Source of the DNA: a virus
Taxonomy: Duplodnaviria; Caudoviricetes
DNA: 64,000 nt
IMG/VR virus record: IMGVR_UViG_3300025909_000005
Strand: one strand, 5' to 3'
In this document: positions 8,693 to 18,000 of the stretch, one piece after another
Layout: every line of letters starts with the position of its first letter
How positions within the stretch are numbered: position 1 is the first letter of the stretch
Notes under the pieces: generated by a model
What the model was told of the DNA's origin: nothing
What the model saw: the letters and a program-made list of their open reading frames with translations, nothing else
The model's database searches: none
Made by a program: the position numbers and the translations under genes

Positions 8693-10537
8693 ATGGCAAC
8701 ACTGGTTTCACCAGGTACGTCGGTCACTGTTACTGATCAGAGCTATTTCATCCCTGCAACGGCAACGACAGTACCACTGATCTTCATTGCCACGGCAGCA
8801 GGAAAGACCCAGACTGACGGAGTTACGCCAGCAGCAGGTACCCTCGAGCACTCTGTCGTCCGTACCGTCACGTCTCTCAACCAATCGCTTCAGCTTTACG
8901 GCGTTCCAAAGTTCCGCGCAGACACATCTGGCAACCAATTCCACGGTGATGCACGCAACGAACAGGGCCTGTACGCGCTCAATCACTTCCTTGGCGTCGG
9001 CAACGTCGCCTACGTCGTTCGCGCCAACATTGACCTGACCGACGAGCCACAGACCTTCATCAGCCTTGGCACTCCAGTTATTTCTGGTGAACCAACGTTC
9101 TACGGCATTGGCAACGGTACCCTCTCGAACTTCGCTACGCAAGGTTCGACTGTCAAACCACAGCTCATCACTGTTACGTTCAGCTCGCCTTCGACCTTCT
9201 CGGTAACGGGCTCGGTCGCTGGCTACATCGGCGCTGGTTCTGTTGGTCTGCCGTTCGCATCGAACGTGATCAACTTCAACTCGGCTGCTGGCTCCGTCGC
9301 ATTCGCAGCTGGTGACAAGTTCACCTTCGCTCTCGTGTACATGGCGCAAGCCGGGTCAGGTAACGTCGGTAATGGTTCCCTCGTCAATCTCGTGACTGAC
9401 ACCCTCGCCGTTCCTGAAACTCTCACCGTCTCGTTCACCTCGCCAACAGCCTTCACGGTCACTGGCACGGTCTCGGGCTCTGCTGGTTCTGGCGTGATCA
9501 ACACGCCGTTCGACAACAACCGCGTCAACTTCACGGTCATTCCTGGCACCGTCGCCTTCGCAACTGGCGATGAGTTCACGATCGACGTTTCCTCGGTCAC
9601 CGTCTCGGCTCCTCTCGGTGCCAACGACGCAGCCAAGCGCGTTGCAATCGTTACCGCTCTCCAAGCTGAAATCAACAGCAACGTTGACGTTCGCTCTGAG
9701 ACGTACGAGTACAACCTCGTCCTCTGCCCAGGTTTCCCTGAGGTCGTCGACGAACTGCTCGCCCTCTCGGCTGACGTCAAGGACGAAGTGTTCGTCATCG
9801 CTGACACGCCTTCGTACCTGTCGCCTGAACAGACCGCTCAATGGGGTCTCACGTCGGAGCGCTTCAACTCCACGTCGGCTGCGTACTACTACCCATGGGC
9901 TCTCGCCTCAAACCTCGATGGTACCAACGTTCTCGTTGCTCCGTCGGCCGTGGCGCTGCGCACCTTCGGTGTGAGCGACAACGCAGGCTACGTCTGGAAC
10001 GCACCAGCTGGTGTCTCGCGCGGTCTCGTTACTGGCGTCTCGCAAGTTGGTTACATCACTGGCACACCAGGCACGGCAACGACCTTCGTTCCTGTGAACC
10101 TGAACCAGGGCCAGCGCGACATCCTCTACGAGTACGACACCAACATCAACCCGATCACGTTCTTCCCAGGTCGTGGTCTCCTGGTTTGGGGTGCCAAGAC
10201 TTCGGCTCCAGCTGCATCGTCGCTTGACCGCGTCGGTCCAGTTCGCCTCGTCATGTACCTGCGCCGCTCGCTGCGTAAGGGTTCGTTCCCATTCACGTTC
10301 GAACCAAACGACAAGATCACTCGCGACAACTTGAAGGCAGCTGCTGACGCAATCCTGCATGACATCCTTGTCAAGCGCGGTCTGTCTGACTTCGCAACGT
10401 ACTGCGATACGTCGAACAACTTCGGTTCACGCATCGACAACAACGAGCTGTGGCTTGACGTCGCGATCAAGATCGTCCACGATGCTGAATTCATCTACAT
10501 CCCAATCCGCGTCCTGACAGCTGACGCAACACTCTAA
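8693..10537 (+). CDS. gp18: Contractile tail sheath protein
   Basis: LVSPGTSVTVTDQS N-terminus; WNAPAGVSRG, INPITFFPGRG..VWGAKT, FEPND and LDVAIK C-terminal sheath motifs; AGGAG SD. Confidence 0.93.
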   Translation: MATLVSPGTSVTVTDQSYFIPATATTVPLIFIATAAGKTQTDGVTPAAGTLEHSVVRTVTSLNQSLQLYGVPKFRADTSGNQFHGDARNEQGLYALNHFLGVGNVAYVVRANIDLTDEPQTFISLGTPVISGEPTFYGIGNGTLSNFATQGSTVKPQLITVTFSSPSTFSVTGSVAGYIGAGSVGLPFASNVINFNSAAGSVAFAAGDKFTFALVYMAQAGSGNVGNGSLVNLVTDTLAVPETLTVSFTSPTAFTVTGTVSGSAGSGVINTPFDNNRVNFTVIPGTVAFATGDEFTIDVSSVTVSAPLGANDAAKRVAIVTALQAEINSNVDVRSETYEYNLVLCPGFPEVVDELLALSADVKDEVFVIADTPSYLSPEQTAQWGLTSERFNSTSAAYYYPWALASNLDGTNVLVAPSAVALRTFGVSDNAGYVWNAPAGVSRGLVTGVSQVGYITGTPGTATTFVPVNLNQGQRDILYEYDTNINPITFFPGRGLLVWGAKTSAPAASSLDRVGPVRLVMYLRRSLRKGSFPFTFEPNDKITRDNLKAAADAILHDILVKRGLSDFATYCDTSNNFGSRIDNNELWLDVAIKIVHDAEFIYIPIRVLTADATL

Positions 10538-10548
10538 AGGACACCCTC

Positions 10549-11064
10549 ATGTCTACAAACACCCAGTCCCAAGGCCGCAGCTACGAATCGGAAAAGGACT
10601 TCACGTACGTTCCGGTTTCCAGCGACACCCCTCAGCGCGAGCTAAACCGCTGGATTCTCCAGTACGACCGCGCGCTGAACGTTGGCGACGTCACAAAGGA
10701 CGCTGCTGCAAAGCAGGCCGCCATGCTCTACGGCCCAGTCATGGCGCACGGCACTGCAGCTCCAACGCTCTCTCTGACCCAAGGCACCGCCGCAACGGTT
10801 ACTCTCTCGACGATCTCGAGCGGTACACCAGCATCGGTCTCGGCAACCGCCGGTTCCGTTCCTGCTGGCATGGCCCTCGCTGTCTCTGGTCAGACCGTCA
10901 CGCTCGCGGGTACGCCATCGGCTGCTGGCGCAGTTAGCTTCACCGCTACTGTTGTCACCGACCACGGCTCTGTTAACGTTGCAGTCACTGGATCGGTTGC
11001 CGCTTCGGCACCAGCTCCTGCTCCATCGCCAGCTCCTGCTCCATCGCCAGCTCCTGGCCCTTAA
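10549..11064 (+). CDS. Ig-like domain virion protein with Pro/Ala tail
   Basis: GSVPAGMALA...TLAGTPSAAG..SFTATV is a putative Ig (He_PIG-like) pattern. Lies between sheath and tube genes. Confidence 0.55.
   Translation: MSTNTQSQGRSYESEKDFTYVPVSSDTPQRELNRWILQYDRALNVGDVTKDAAAKQAAMLYGPVMAHGTAAPTLSLTQGTAATVTLSTISSGTPASVSATAGSVPAGMALAVSGQTVTLAGTPSAAGAVSFTATVVTDHGSVNVAVTGSVAASAPAPAPSPAPAPSPAPGP
11011..11056 (+). repeat. 18-bp tandem repeat CCAGCTCCTGCTCCATCG x2.5, encoding PAPAPS
   Basis: Read directly from the sequence. Confidence 0.85.
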
Positions 11065-11085
11065 GGTCTAACGCTCAAGCAATTG

Positions 11086-11110
11086 AAGCCGAGGTTCGCC
11101 TCGGCTTTTT
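11086..11110 (+). terminator. Rho-independent terminator with UUCG loop
   Basis: AAGCCGAGG-TTCG-CCTCGGCTT followed by a T-run. Confidence 0.85.
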
Positions 11111-11150
11111 CATTTCCGGCCCGTTTGATGCTGGAAAACATGACCTACGC

Positions 11151-11157
11151 ATAAATA
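11151..11157 (+). promoter_or_regulatory. Late promoter ATAAATA
   Basis: Upstream of the tail tube gene. Confidence 0.65.
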
Positions 11158-11203
11158 GGTTCATCTTGAGAAACACAGGTCATTAGACCCAAAGGAGAAA
11201 AGC

Positions 11204-11812
11204 TTGGCAACTCTTAGCAACTTCGGTATTCCTGGAGCAGGCGCCGGCATTCTACACCCACGTCTGAAGTACAAGTTCCGCGTCACGTTCAGCGGTATCG
11301 GACAACTGGTGCCAGGTGCAAACTCCCGCAATCTGACCATGCAGATTGTCACGACGACCCTCCCGAACCTGACCTGGGAAATGGTTACCCTGAACCGCTA
11401 CAACTCGACCGCATACGTCGCAGGCAAGCACACGTGGGAAGCCATCAACATGACGTTCGAAGACGACATCACAGGTCTCGCCACGAAGGTCATCGAAGCT
11501 CAGATGGAAACCCAACAGCGCATCATCGGTGCCGACCTTGACGGTCGTTGGCTGAACACTGCAGCAACTGGTTCTGACTACAAGTTCGGCGTTCGCATCG
11601 ACCAACTGGACGGTGACGAAGGCGTTGTAGCTACCTGGATCCTTGAAGGCGCGCAGTTCGAAAGCGTTGACTTCGGCGACCGTGACTACGCAGCCAACGA
11701 AGCTGCCACGATCACAGTTGGCATCCGCTACGACCACGCACGCAAGATCGAGTCTGGTACCGGTTACGGTACGGCTCTTGGCGGTAACGTCGTTGGCAAC
11801 TCCAACACCTAA
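11204..11812 (+). CDS. gp19: Tail tube protein
   Basis: TTG start after AAGGAG; PRLKYKFRVTF, YVAGKHTWE.IN.TFEDD and ITVGIRYDHA motifs. Confidence 0.88.
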   Translation: MATLSNFGIPGAGAGILHPRLKYKFRVTFSGIGQLVPGANSRNLTMQIVTTTLPNLTWEMVTLNRYNSTAYVAGKHTWEAINMTFEDDITGLATKVIEAQMETQQRIIGADLDGRWLNTAATGSDYKFGVRIDQLDGDEGVVATWILEGAQFESVDFGDRDYAANEAATITVGIRYDHARKIESGTGYGTALGGNVVGNSNT

Positions 11813-11831
11813 GCTCGAAAGAGCTTCTGAG

Positions 11832-11854
11832 AAGGGATCCCGTGGGATCCCTTT
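11832..11854 (+). terminator. Hairpin/terminator
   Basis: AAGGGATCCC-GT-GGGATCCCTT then T-rich sequence. Confidence 0.6.
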
Positions 11855-11875
11855 GTTGTATAATGGGCTGTAAAT

Positions 11876-12472
11876 ATGACCATGAACCTTACCTTCAAAG
11901 AATACCTGCAAGAAGAAGCCGTTGGCAACTTCAACGAGAACGAGCCACGCCACGTCTCTGACGAGTTCGTTCGTGGCGGTCGACCGCTCAACAAGGCGGC
12001 GATCAAGGAGCTGAAGGGTAAGGGGATCCAAACGGTCATCTGCCTGCTTCGCGCAGACAAGAAGTACCCAGCTGAGATCTCAGGCGTCGAAGCCGAGAAG
12101 GAAGCTGTCGAAGCTGCAGGCATGAAGTTCGTTTCCATCGATATGGACGAACGTAAGAACCCATCTGAAGCGGACATCAACAAGTTCCTGGCCGCCGTGA
12201 AGAGCGGCGGTAAGTCGTACGCGCACTGCTCCGCAGGTCGAGACCGAGTCGGCCTGATGAACGCGATCTACGACATGAAGGTCCTGCACATGTCCTACAA
12301 GGACGCGTACACCCGCTACCTCAAGGGTGGCCATGACTACGCAACCTGGACCAACCTCGACAAGTTCTTCTACAAGTACGCGCACGGCACACCTGAAGCC
12401 GCGAAGGACGCGATCGAAGCAGGCGCCCACCCAGCCGACGCGAAGTGGCTGTACCAATACATCACAGAATGA
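11876..12472 (+). CDS. Cys-based (PTP/dual-specificity) phosphatase with N-terminal tag
   Basis: HCSAGRDRVG active-site loop, FVRGGRP and GIQTVICL. N-terminus MNLTFKEYLQE. Confidence 0.8.
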   Translation: MTMNLTFKEYLQEEAVGNFNENEPRHVSDEFVRGGRPLNKAAIKELKGKGIQTVICLLRADKKYPAEISGVEAEKEAVEAAGMKFVSIDMDERKNPSEADINKFLAAVKSGGKSYAHCSAGRDRVGLMNAIYDMKVLHMSYKDAYTRYLKGGHDYATWTNLDKFFYKYAHGTPEAAKDAIEAGAHPADAKWLYQYITE

Positions 12473-13374
12473 AAGTCTCAGAACTTCTTGAGGCAAGCGC
12501 CCTTGGTCGTCTCAAGGTCGACATCGACAAGCACAAGCCAGAATTCGCTGACTTCTTCGAGGATCCAACAGATGAGTCGGCTGTGGGCAAGGGCATTCGT
12601 GCAATTGCCAAGAAGTATGGTCTCACAGTCACGCTGTTCATTCGCCGAAACAAAGCTGCAATTGTCTACTCGATCAAGCTAACCTTAACCGCGGCCGCAG
12701 AAAAGGCACTGCTTGCCAAGACAGGTGCAGAGTATGGTGTGTACAGCTTGCCAGACGGTTCACCTGAGCGCGAGGAGCAGGACGCTGCTTGGGTCCGATA
12801 CGCCGCTGAATCTAACGAGATGAAGGACAAGTTCTGGAACGAGCTGCCACGTCATGCAGGTGTTTCCACGAAGCCGGACGTTTTCTTGAAGTATGAAGGA
12901 TCAAACACAGAGGGTGAGATGCGCTTCGACACAGGAGAGGTAGAGGCTGCTGCGTTTGCCGCACAGGCTGGCGGTGGTATCCTTCTCAAGGACACGGATA
13001 AGAAGATCAGCCTGGACCACATAGAGTACCACAGGCAATATGGGAATGAACCATTCCACTTGGTCTACGTTTCTGGTGACGCCTCGCAATTGAAGAAGGT
13101 CAACAAGGTGCTGAAGCGACTGAGCGAGGAAGGTCACAATGGTGATATCGCGCTGTCACCTGCAAATCAAGAGAAGGTCGCAGAGCTTGCAGGCATCACA
13201 GAGAAGACGAAGCGCTACTACCAGAACTACATGGATCACGACAACTATAACAAGCTTGTTCCCTCGGGCGTCATGATACGCGTCTTCAAGAACGGTCAGA
13301 TCCCTAAGATGTACAAGACTGGCAAGACGCTGAAGATCACAGCAGAAGACTTTCTCAAGGTATTCCCTACCTGA
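12469..13374 (+). CDS. Hypothetical protein with type-2 tag (MKVSELLE)
   Basis: ATGA overlap with the phosphatase stop; long ORF. Confidence 0.6.
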   Translation: MKVSELLEASALGRLKVDIDKHKPEFADFFEDPTDESAVGKGIRAIAKKYGLTVTLFIRRNKAAIVYSIKLTLTAAAEKALLAKTGAEYGVYSLPDGSPEREEQDAAWVRYAAESNEMKDKFWNELPRHAGVSTKPDVFLKYEGSNTEGEMRFDTGEVEAAAFAAQAGGGILLKDTDKKISLDHIEYHRQYGNEPFHLVYVSGDASQLKKVNKVLKRLSEEGHNGDIALSPANQEKVAELAGITEKTKRYYQNYMDHDNYNKLVPSGVMIRVFKNGQIPKMYKTGKTLKITAEDFLKVFPT

Positions 13375-13382
13375 CCGGCCAC

Positions 13383-13389
13383 ATAAATA
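13383..13389 (+). promoter_or_regulatory. Late promoter ATAAATA
   Basis: Motif match upstream of 13411. Confidence 0.65.
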
Positions 13390-13410
13390 GAGGATACCTA
13401 TGGGACCTCT

Positions 13411-14784
13411 ATGGCCGACATTACACCAATTCTCAACAGCACGGGCATCTCGCTAGAGCGCGCAGCCGCCGACAAGTTCGGTGCAGCTGTTGAAACGTTC
13501 GCTACGCAGAACCTTGGTGCTGGTTTAGCTGCCAACGCAACAGGATCCACGAACGTTCCTGTGAACCGTGGCGATGGTTCGTTCTACGCGAGCTCTTACG
13601 CCGCGTCGATCACTGCAGGCCACGACTACCGTCCAAAGCAGAAGTTCCTCTTCAAGGTCGAGTTCGTCTTCACGGCTGCTGCCATGGCAGCCTACCCTGA
13701 GGTCTTCGCAGGTGCTAAGTCAAACGACTTCACCTTCATGATCAAGGCCGTTGACCGTCCCAAGATCACGTTCGAGTACTCAGACGACCTGAACTACTAC
13801 AACTTCCGTTCCAAGGCCATCACGCGCGTTCGTCACCAAGAGCTGACGATGACGTTCATCGATGACGTTGGCAACCGCGTGCTGAACTTCTTCCGTGCGC
13901 TCATGATGATCTACCAGCCAATCACGAAGCGCCAGCTGACTCGTGAAGGCCTGACATATCAGGACCGCATCAAGGCACCGACTGGTGTCAACCTCGGTTC
14001 GGGCATGGAGTTCTCCTCGCCTGGTGATCTTGACCAGCTCGACTACTCCCACCGCGGCGTGCTTCAGCCTGGCATCTCTACCAATGACATCGGCGCGGTC
14101 ATTCAAACCATTCGCATCCACCAGATCTACACTGATCCAGGTGTGCCACTTGGTCAGACCGTCAAGGACGTCGTCTTCGACTTCATCAATGCTCGCCTTG
14201 TCTCGTTCGACCTTGAGGATCTCTCTCACGAGTCCAGCGACTTCGGCCAGATGAACATGCAGTTCGACTACGACTGGATGGAGATCGTGAACCTCGGCTC
14301 AATCAACGCGACAGCAGATGTCGGTGCCAAGGCCTCGCTGCCATCCATCGGCGGAGCACCAACCGACTTCTCACCGAACACCGGTGGTGGAGCCAGCCCA
14401 GGCAACTCGAACCCCTTCGCCAGCATCATCACGAACCAGCTTGGACGTGCTGGGCAGCAGGTCACATCCACTGCTGTTGGCAAGGCGATCACCACGATCG
14501 CAGGCAATGGCCAGTTTGCATCGCTCATCAACTCACAAGTGTCGAACCTTGCCGGTGGCATCGTCGGCCAGGCAGGTCGCAACCTTGGCACGGCCTACTC
14601 AGGCTCTGTCCTGCAGCAGGTCAGCGCAGCAGGCTCTTCTGTCTTGAACATCATTCGACCAGCCGCCTCTACTTCTAGCTCGACTCAGCAGGTCGTAGAC
14701 TCAGCAATCGTGGGACCGCAGCAGGTTGACAAGGTCGTCATCGCCGAGAGTGACGTTCTCAACACACTACCAGGATCCATCTAA
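13411..14784 (+). CDS. Tail-tube-fold baseplate/tube-initiator protein (gp48/gp54-like)
   Basis: PKQKFLFKVEF, IKAVDRPKITF, ELTMTFIDD and MQFDYDW tube-like motifs, followed by a low-complexity C-terminus. Confidence 0.6.
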   Translation: MADITPILNSTGISLERAAADKFGAAVETFATQNLGAGLAANATGSTNVPVNRGDGSFYASSYAASITAGHDYRPKQKFLFKVEFVFTAAAMAAYPEVFAGAKSNDFTFMIKAVDRPKITFEYSDDLNYYNFRSKAITRVRHQELTMTFIDDVGNRVLNFFRALMMIYQPITKRQLTREGLTYQDRIKAPTGVNLGSGMEFSSPGDLDQLDYSHRGVLQPGISTNDIGAVIQTIRIHQIYTDPGVPLGQTVKDVVFDFINARLVSFDLEDLSHESSDFGQMNMQFDYDWMEIVNLGSINATADVGAKASLPSIGGAPTDFSPNTGGGASPGNSNPFASIITNQLGRAGQQVTSTAVGKAITTIAGNGQFASLINSQVSNLAGGIVGQAGRNLGTAYSGSVLQQVSAAGSSVLNIIRPAASTSSSTQQVVDSAIVGPQQVDKVVIAESDVLNTLPGSI

Positions 14785-15245
14785 TGGCAGCAGTTCGCGG
14801 CGCAATGCGAGGACGGTTCTCACCAAAGAACCCAGGTAAGTACGTTGGCAACGTCAACAACATCCTTTTTAGAAGTTCCTGGGAACTTCGCTTCATGATC
14901 TGGCTCGACACGACTCCAGCTATTCTGCGCTGGGGCTCTGAAGAGATGGCCATCCCGTACGTGAACCCGATCAAGAGCGCCGAACGCGGCAAGGTCGTGG
15001 TCTCACAGTACTACCCTGACTTCGTCGTCATGTACAAGGACCGCCTCAACCAGATTCAGAAGGAGATCGTTGAGGTCAAGCCGTTCAAGGAATCCGTCAT
15101 GACTCCTGGCATGTCAGAGCGTGACAAGATGGCCTATGCCGTCAATCAAGCCAAGTGGAAGGCCGCAGCCACCTTCGCCGAATCTCAGGGCGCAAAGTTC
15201 CGCGTCATCACTGAGAAGACGATGTTCAAGCAAGGACGCATGTGA
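14784..15245 (+). CDS. gp4: Head completion nuclease (T4 gp4 / TnsA-N-like)
   Basis: GRFSPKNPGKYVG, FRSSWE, WGSEE..IPY, YYPDF and EVKP motifs. Confidence 0.88.
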   Translation: MAAVRGAMRGRFSPKNPGKYVGNVNNILFRSSWELRFMIWLDTTPAILRWGSEEMAIPYVNPIKSAERGKVVVSQYYPDFVVMYKDRLNQIQKEIVEVKPFKESVMTPGMSERDKMAYAVNQAKWKAAATFAESQGAKFRVITEKTMFKQGRM

Positions 15246-15598
15246 AAATCAATGAATTGATTGAGGGACTTGCCAAGCTGCAATCCTCCTACCGAGAACT
15301 GTTCAAATTCAGCCCAGATATGTCCGATGAAAAGATTGCAGACCACCTTGATCGTGTGGGCCATCAATTTGATTTGAAGGTGTATCCGATTGAGACTTGG
15401 CGTAGCACATATGTAGCTGATGAACTTACCATTGGTGCAGCTTCTTCAGACATCGAATCAGCTGAATTCAAGAAAAAGCTGACGGACTTCGTTCGCGACG
15501 CCAATGAGGGCGCCAAGCTTTCTAAGGCAGGATTTAGTTTGCATGTAAGCGGCGTACATGCTTGGCGCCAGGCCACTGTCACAATTGAGAGGTCATGA
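15242..15598 (+). CDS. Hypothetical protein with type-2 tag (MKINELIE)
   Basis: GTGA overlap with the gp4 stop. Confidence 0.6.
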   Translation: MKINELIEGLAKLQSSYRELFKFSPDMSDEKIADHLDRVGHQFDLKVYPIETWRSTYVADELTIGAASSDIESAEFKKKLTDFVRDANEGAKLSKAGFSLHVSGVHAWRQATVTIERS

Positions 15599-16086
15599 TG
15601 AACCCAAAGCCAAAGTCAGACAACCCGATGCTCAGCAACGACAAGAAGCTGACGAACCCTCTGGACGAGCTCTTCAACACAGCCCAGTCTGAGGAGGTCG
15701 TTGAGTACGAACAGGTCACTGAAGGTGAGCTCGCCGAGATGGCAGAGCCAGAGAAGCCAACGAAGGACGAGGAAGACGTTGAGATCGATGCCAAGATCGA
15801 CACTGTCTACACCGCGGCCATCGATGCCTTCAACCAGCAGACGGCCTACACCGAGATCATCGAGCCTCGCTACGCAGCTCGCAATGCTGAAGTCGCCGCA
15901 AACTACCTGAACATCGCCCTCAACGCCGCCGCCACCCGTGCCCGCGTCAAGGGAGACCGTGCTCGCACGGCGAACTTCGTACCATACGCCAACGGCGGTC
16001 GAAACACCAACAACGTCGTCGTTGCCTCTCGTGAAGAAATCATGAAGATGATCAGCGTGGATGCGGACGTGAAAGAGATCAAGTGA
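15595..16086 (+). CDS. Possible terminase small subunit (gp16-like)
   Basis: Acidic N-terminus, helical core and C-terminal TNNVVVASREEIMK resembling the gp16 C-terminus; near the terminase. Confidence 0.45.
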   Translation: MMNPKPKSDNPMLSNDKKLTNPLDELFNTAQSEEVVEYEQVTEGELAEMAEPEKPTKDEEDVEIDAKIDTVYTAAIDAFNQQTAYTEIIEPRYAARNAEVAANYLNIALNAAATRARVKGDRARTANFVPYANGGRNTNNVVVASREEIMKMISVDADVKEIK

Positions 16087-16817
16087 TCACCTTCAAGCAG
16101 TTCCTTGCTGAGGCTGAAGTTGCTGGCGTCTATGTCAAGGGCCCACTGAACGTTATCTCCTCATTGATCAAGGACAAATTCAGCCTGGACTGGAGCAAGA
16201 TCTCAATGACCTGCTTGGCAGCTCAATTCGTCTTCGCGCTTGAAGCTGCTACGGATCTTCCAGCGCAGCAGCTCGTGTGGGCTGGTGAGAGAAACTTCCC
16301 TCGCATGTCAACGAGCTCGGCCACATTTGAGCAGCTCTTCAATGCGTTCAACAACAAGCCGCTCAAGCTTCGCGATGGGCGAGTTGTTACGTTCAAGCTC
16401 TCCTCACACAGCTTCACTACTCAGCAGGCAATTGAGCACGTCAAGCAGGGCATTCCTTCTGTGATGGTTGTTAACTCTGACATGGGTGATTGGGGCGGAT
16501 ACAACTACCTGACAGGTAAGGATGAGAATCCCGACTTTGAGAAGACTGGTCAGGTTTCGACAAAACACGTTCGAAAGCATAAGATCGAGGGCGGCGGGTA
16601 CTTCCACGCCCTTCTCCTTGTAGGCTATGATGAAGAATCAAAGGAGTTAATCCTTCGAGAATCACGTAGCTCGTATGGTTTCAAGGGCTACCTCAAAATT
16701 CCGGCGAAGGCCGCTACCTTCAAGCACACGCGCTTCATTGCGACGATCGTTGATTCCTACAAGATCAAGGATCCAAAGCCATCTAAGAACGACGACCACT
16801 TTGCGCAAGCCGCATGA
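16083..16817 (+). CDS. Papain-like cysteine protease-fold protein with N-terminal tag
   Basis: SMTCLAAQ (Cys) and FHALLLVGYD...ILRES.SSYGFKGY.KIP (His strand). N-terminus MITFKQFLAE. Confidence 0.6.
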   Translation: MITFKQFLAEAEVAGVYVKGPLNVISSLIKDKFSLDWSKISMTCLAAQFVFALEAATDLPAQQLVWAGERNFPRMSTSSATFEQLFNAFNNKPLKLRDGRVVTFKLSSHSFTTQQAIEHVKQGIPSVMVVNSDMGDWGGYNYLTGKDENPDFEKTGQVSTKHVRKHKIEGGGYFHALLLVGYDEESKELILRESRSSYGFKGYLKIPAKAATFKHTRFIATIVDSYKIKDPKPSKNDDHFAQAA

Positions 16818-17626
16818 TCACCTTCAAACAATACCTTCAAGAGGCGCGCTACCGGACCGACATCAGCGAGGAGCGAGCCATCGACCTCCTCAAGGCAAAC
16901 TGCAGCGACGCCTTGAAGCACATCGATACGCCTCTCATTCGTGCTTCCAAGCGAAGCAGCGAACAGGCGTACATCATGCATGGCGAGCTTGGCGAACGGC
17001 AGTCTGCGTGGTCTCGAAGCAACTTCTACACCATCACTCTGGATGAGGTCAATGGCCCACAGGGTTACCCATTGCGTTCCAAGTCGGTCATCTTCGGCAA
17101 CTGGGCAAATTGGGAGAGCATGGATCATTACGCAAAGGCAGGCGGCATGTACGCGCTGTTCCCCTACGACGGCGTCAAGATTGGTGTTACGCCTAAGTGG
17201 GACCTTTGGGAAGGGCCCGCTTTTAAAATCGGTCATGGAACTCGCAGGCGCCAATTGAACGGTTGGAACAACTTCTTCCGTGCCTTGCACCTCGATGATT
17301 CCTCATATGAGGCGTTTGTTTCATCCATTGAAACTGCCATCAAGAACGAGGATGAATGGGCTGATGAACATGAGATCAAGGACGAGGACAAGGACGAGCT
17401 TGACGAACTTGTTGAGATGTTCGACAATGGTAAGGTTGATGAACAGCTTCACCGAGCATACGACGCCAAAAACCAGGACTTTGATCTTGTTGACACGCAC
17501 CTAATTTACGACATCTCCGGCACTCATGAGTGCTGGACAAGTGGGAAGTGTATTGCGTGGCGTCTAGGAAATAGCCGTGATGATGCAGAGAGCTCCCTTG
17601 CAAACCTGAAGGAGATGCTGAAGTGA
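16814..17626 (+). CDS. Tagged putative internal head protein, divergent family A
   Basis: MITFKQYLQE; NCSDAL, LIRA, LRSKSVIF, MYALFP and THECW align loosely with family A. Confidence 0.55.
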   Translation: MITFKQYLQEARYRTDISEERAIDLLKANCSDALKHIDTPLIRASKRSSEQAYIMHGELGERQSAWSRSNFYTITLDEVNGPQGYPLRSKSVIFGNWANWESMDHYAKAGGMYALFPYDGVKIGVTPKWDLWEGPAFKIGHGTRRRQLNGWNNFFRALHLDDSSYEAFVSSIETAIKNEDEWADEHEIKDEDKDELDELVEMFDNGKVDEQLHRAYDAKNQDFDLVDTHLIYDISGTHECWTSGKCIAWRLGNSRDDAESSLANLKEMLK

Positions 17627-18000
17627 TTACCTTCAAGCAGTTTCTAGAAGGGCTGAAGGACCTGGCGAAAGATGCTGATGAGAACCCACCCATTGTGCCT
17701 GTCGTTATGCTTGACGTTCTCAAGTCTCAGGCCGAGAAAAGCAAGTACAAAATGCAGATCACCAATGCCGATCCTAAGAAGGCCGAGCTGCACTTTGAGT
17801 ATCGAGATGAGAATCACATCACTCTGATGACAAGCGTGTTCTTCTACCCTGATAGAACGTCCATGCAATGGGGACGCTGGGGCGGCGGGCACTCAGGAAA
17901 CCAGTCCTTCGATCACAGCGAGTACGGCACGCCTACCGAACTGGCGCGTGTCATCCTTCATCGACTTCACTACGTGGCAGATCTTCTGTACGGACAATGA
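17623..18000 (+). CDS. Tagged small hypothetical protein
   Basis: MITFKQFLE (GTG start overlapping the upstream TGA). Confidence 0.65.
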   Translation: MITFKQFLEGLKDLAKDADENPPIVPVVMLDVLKSQAEKSKYKMQITNADPKKAELHFEYRDENHITLMTSVFFYPDRTSMQWGRWGGGHSGNQSFDHSEYGTPTELARVILHRLHYVADLLYGQ

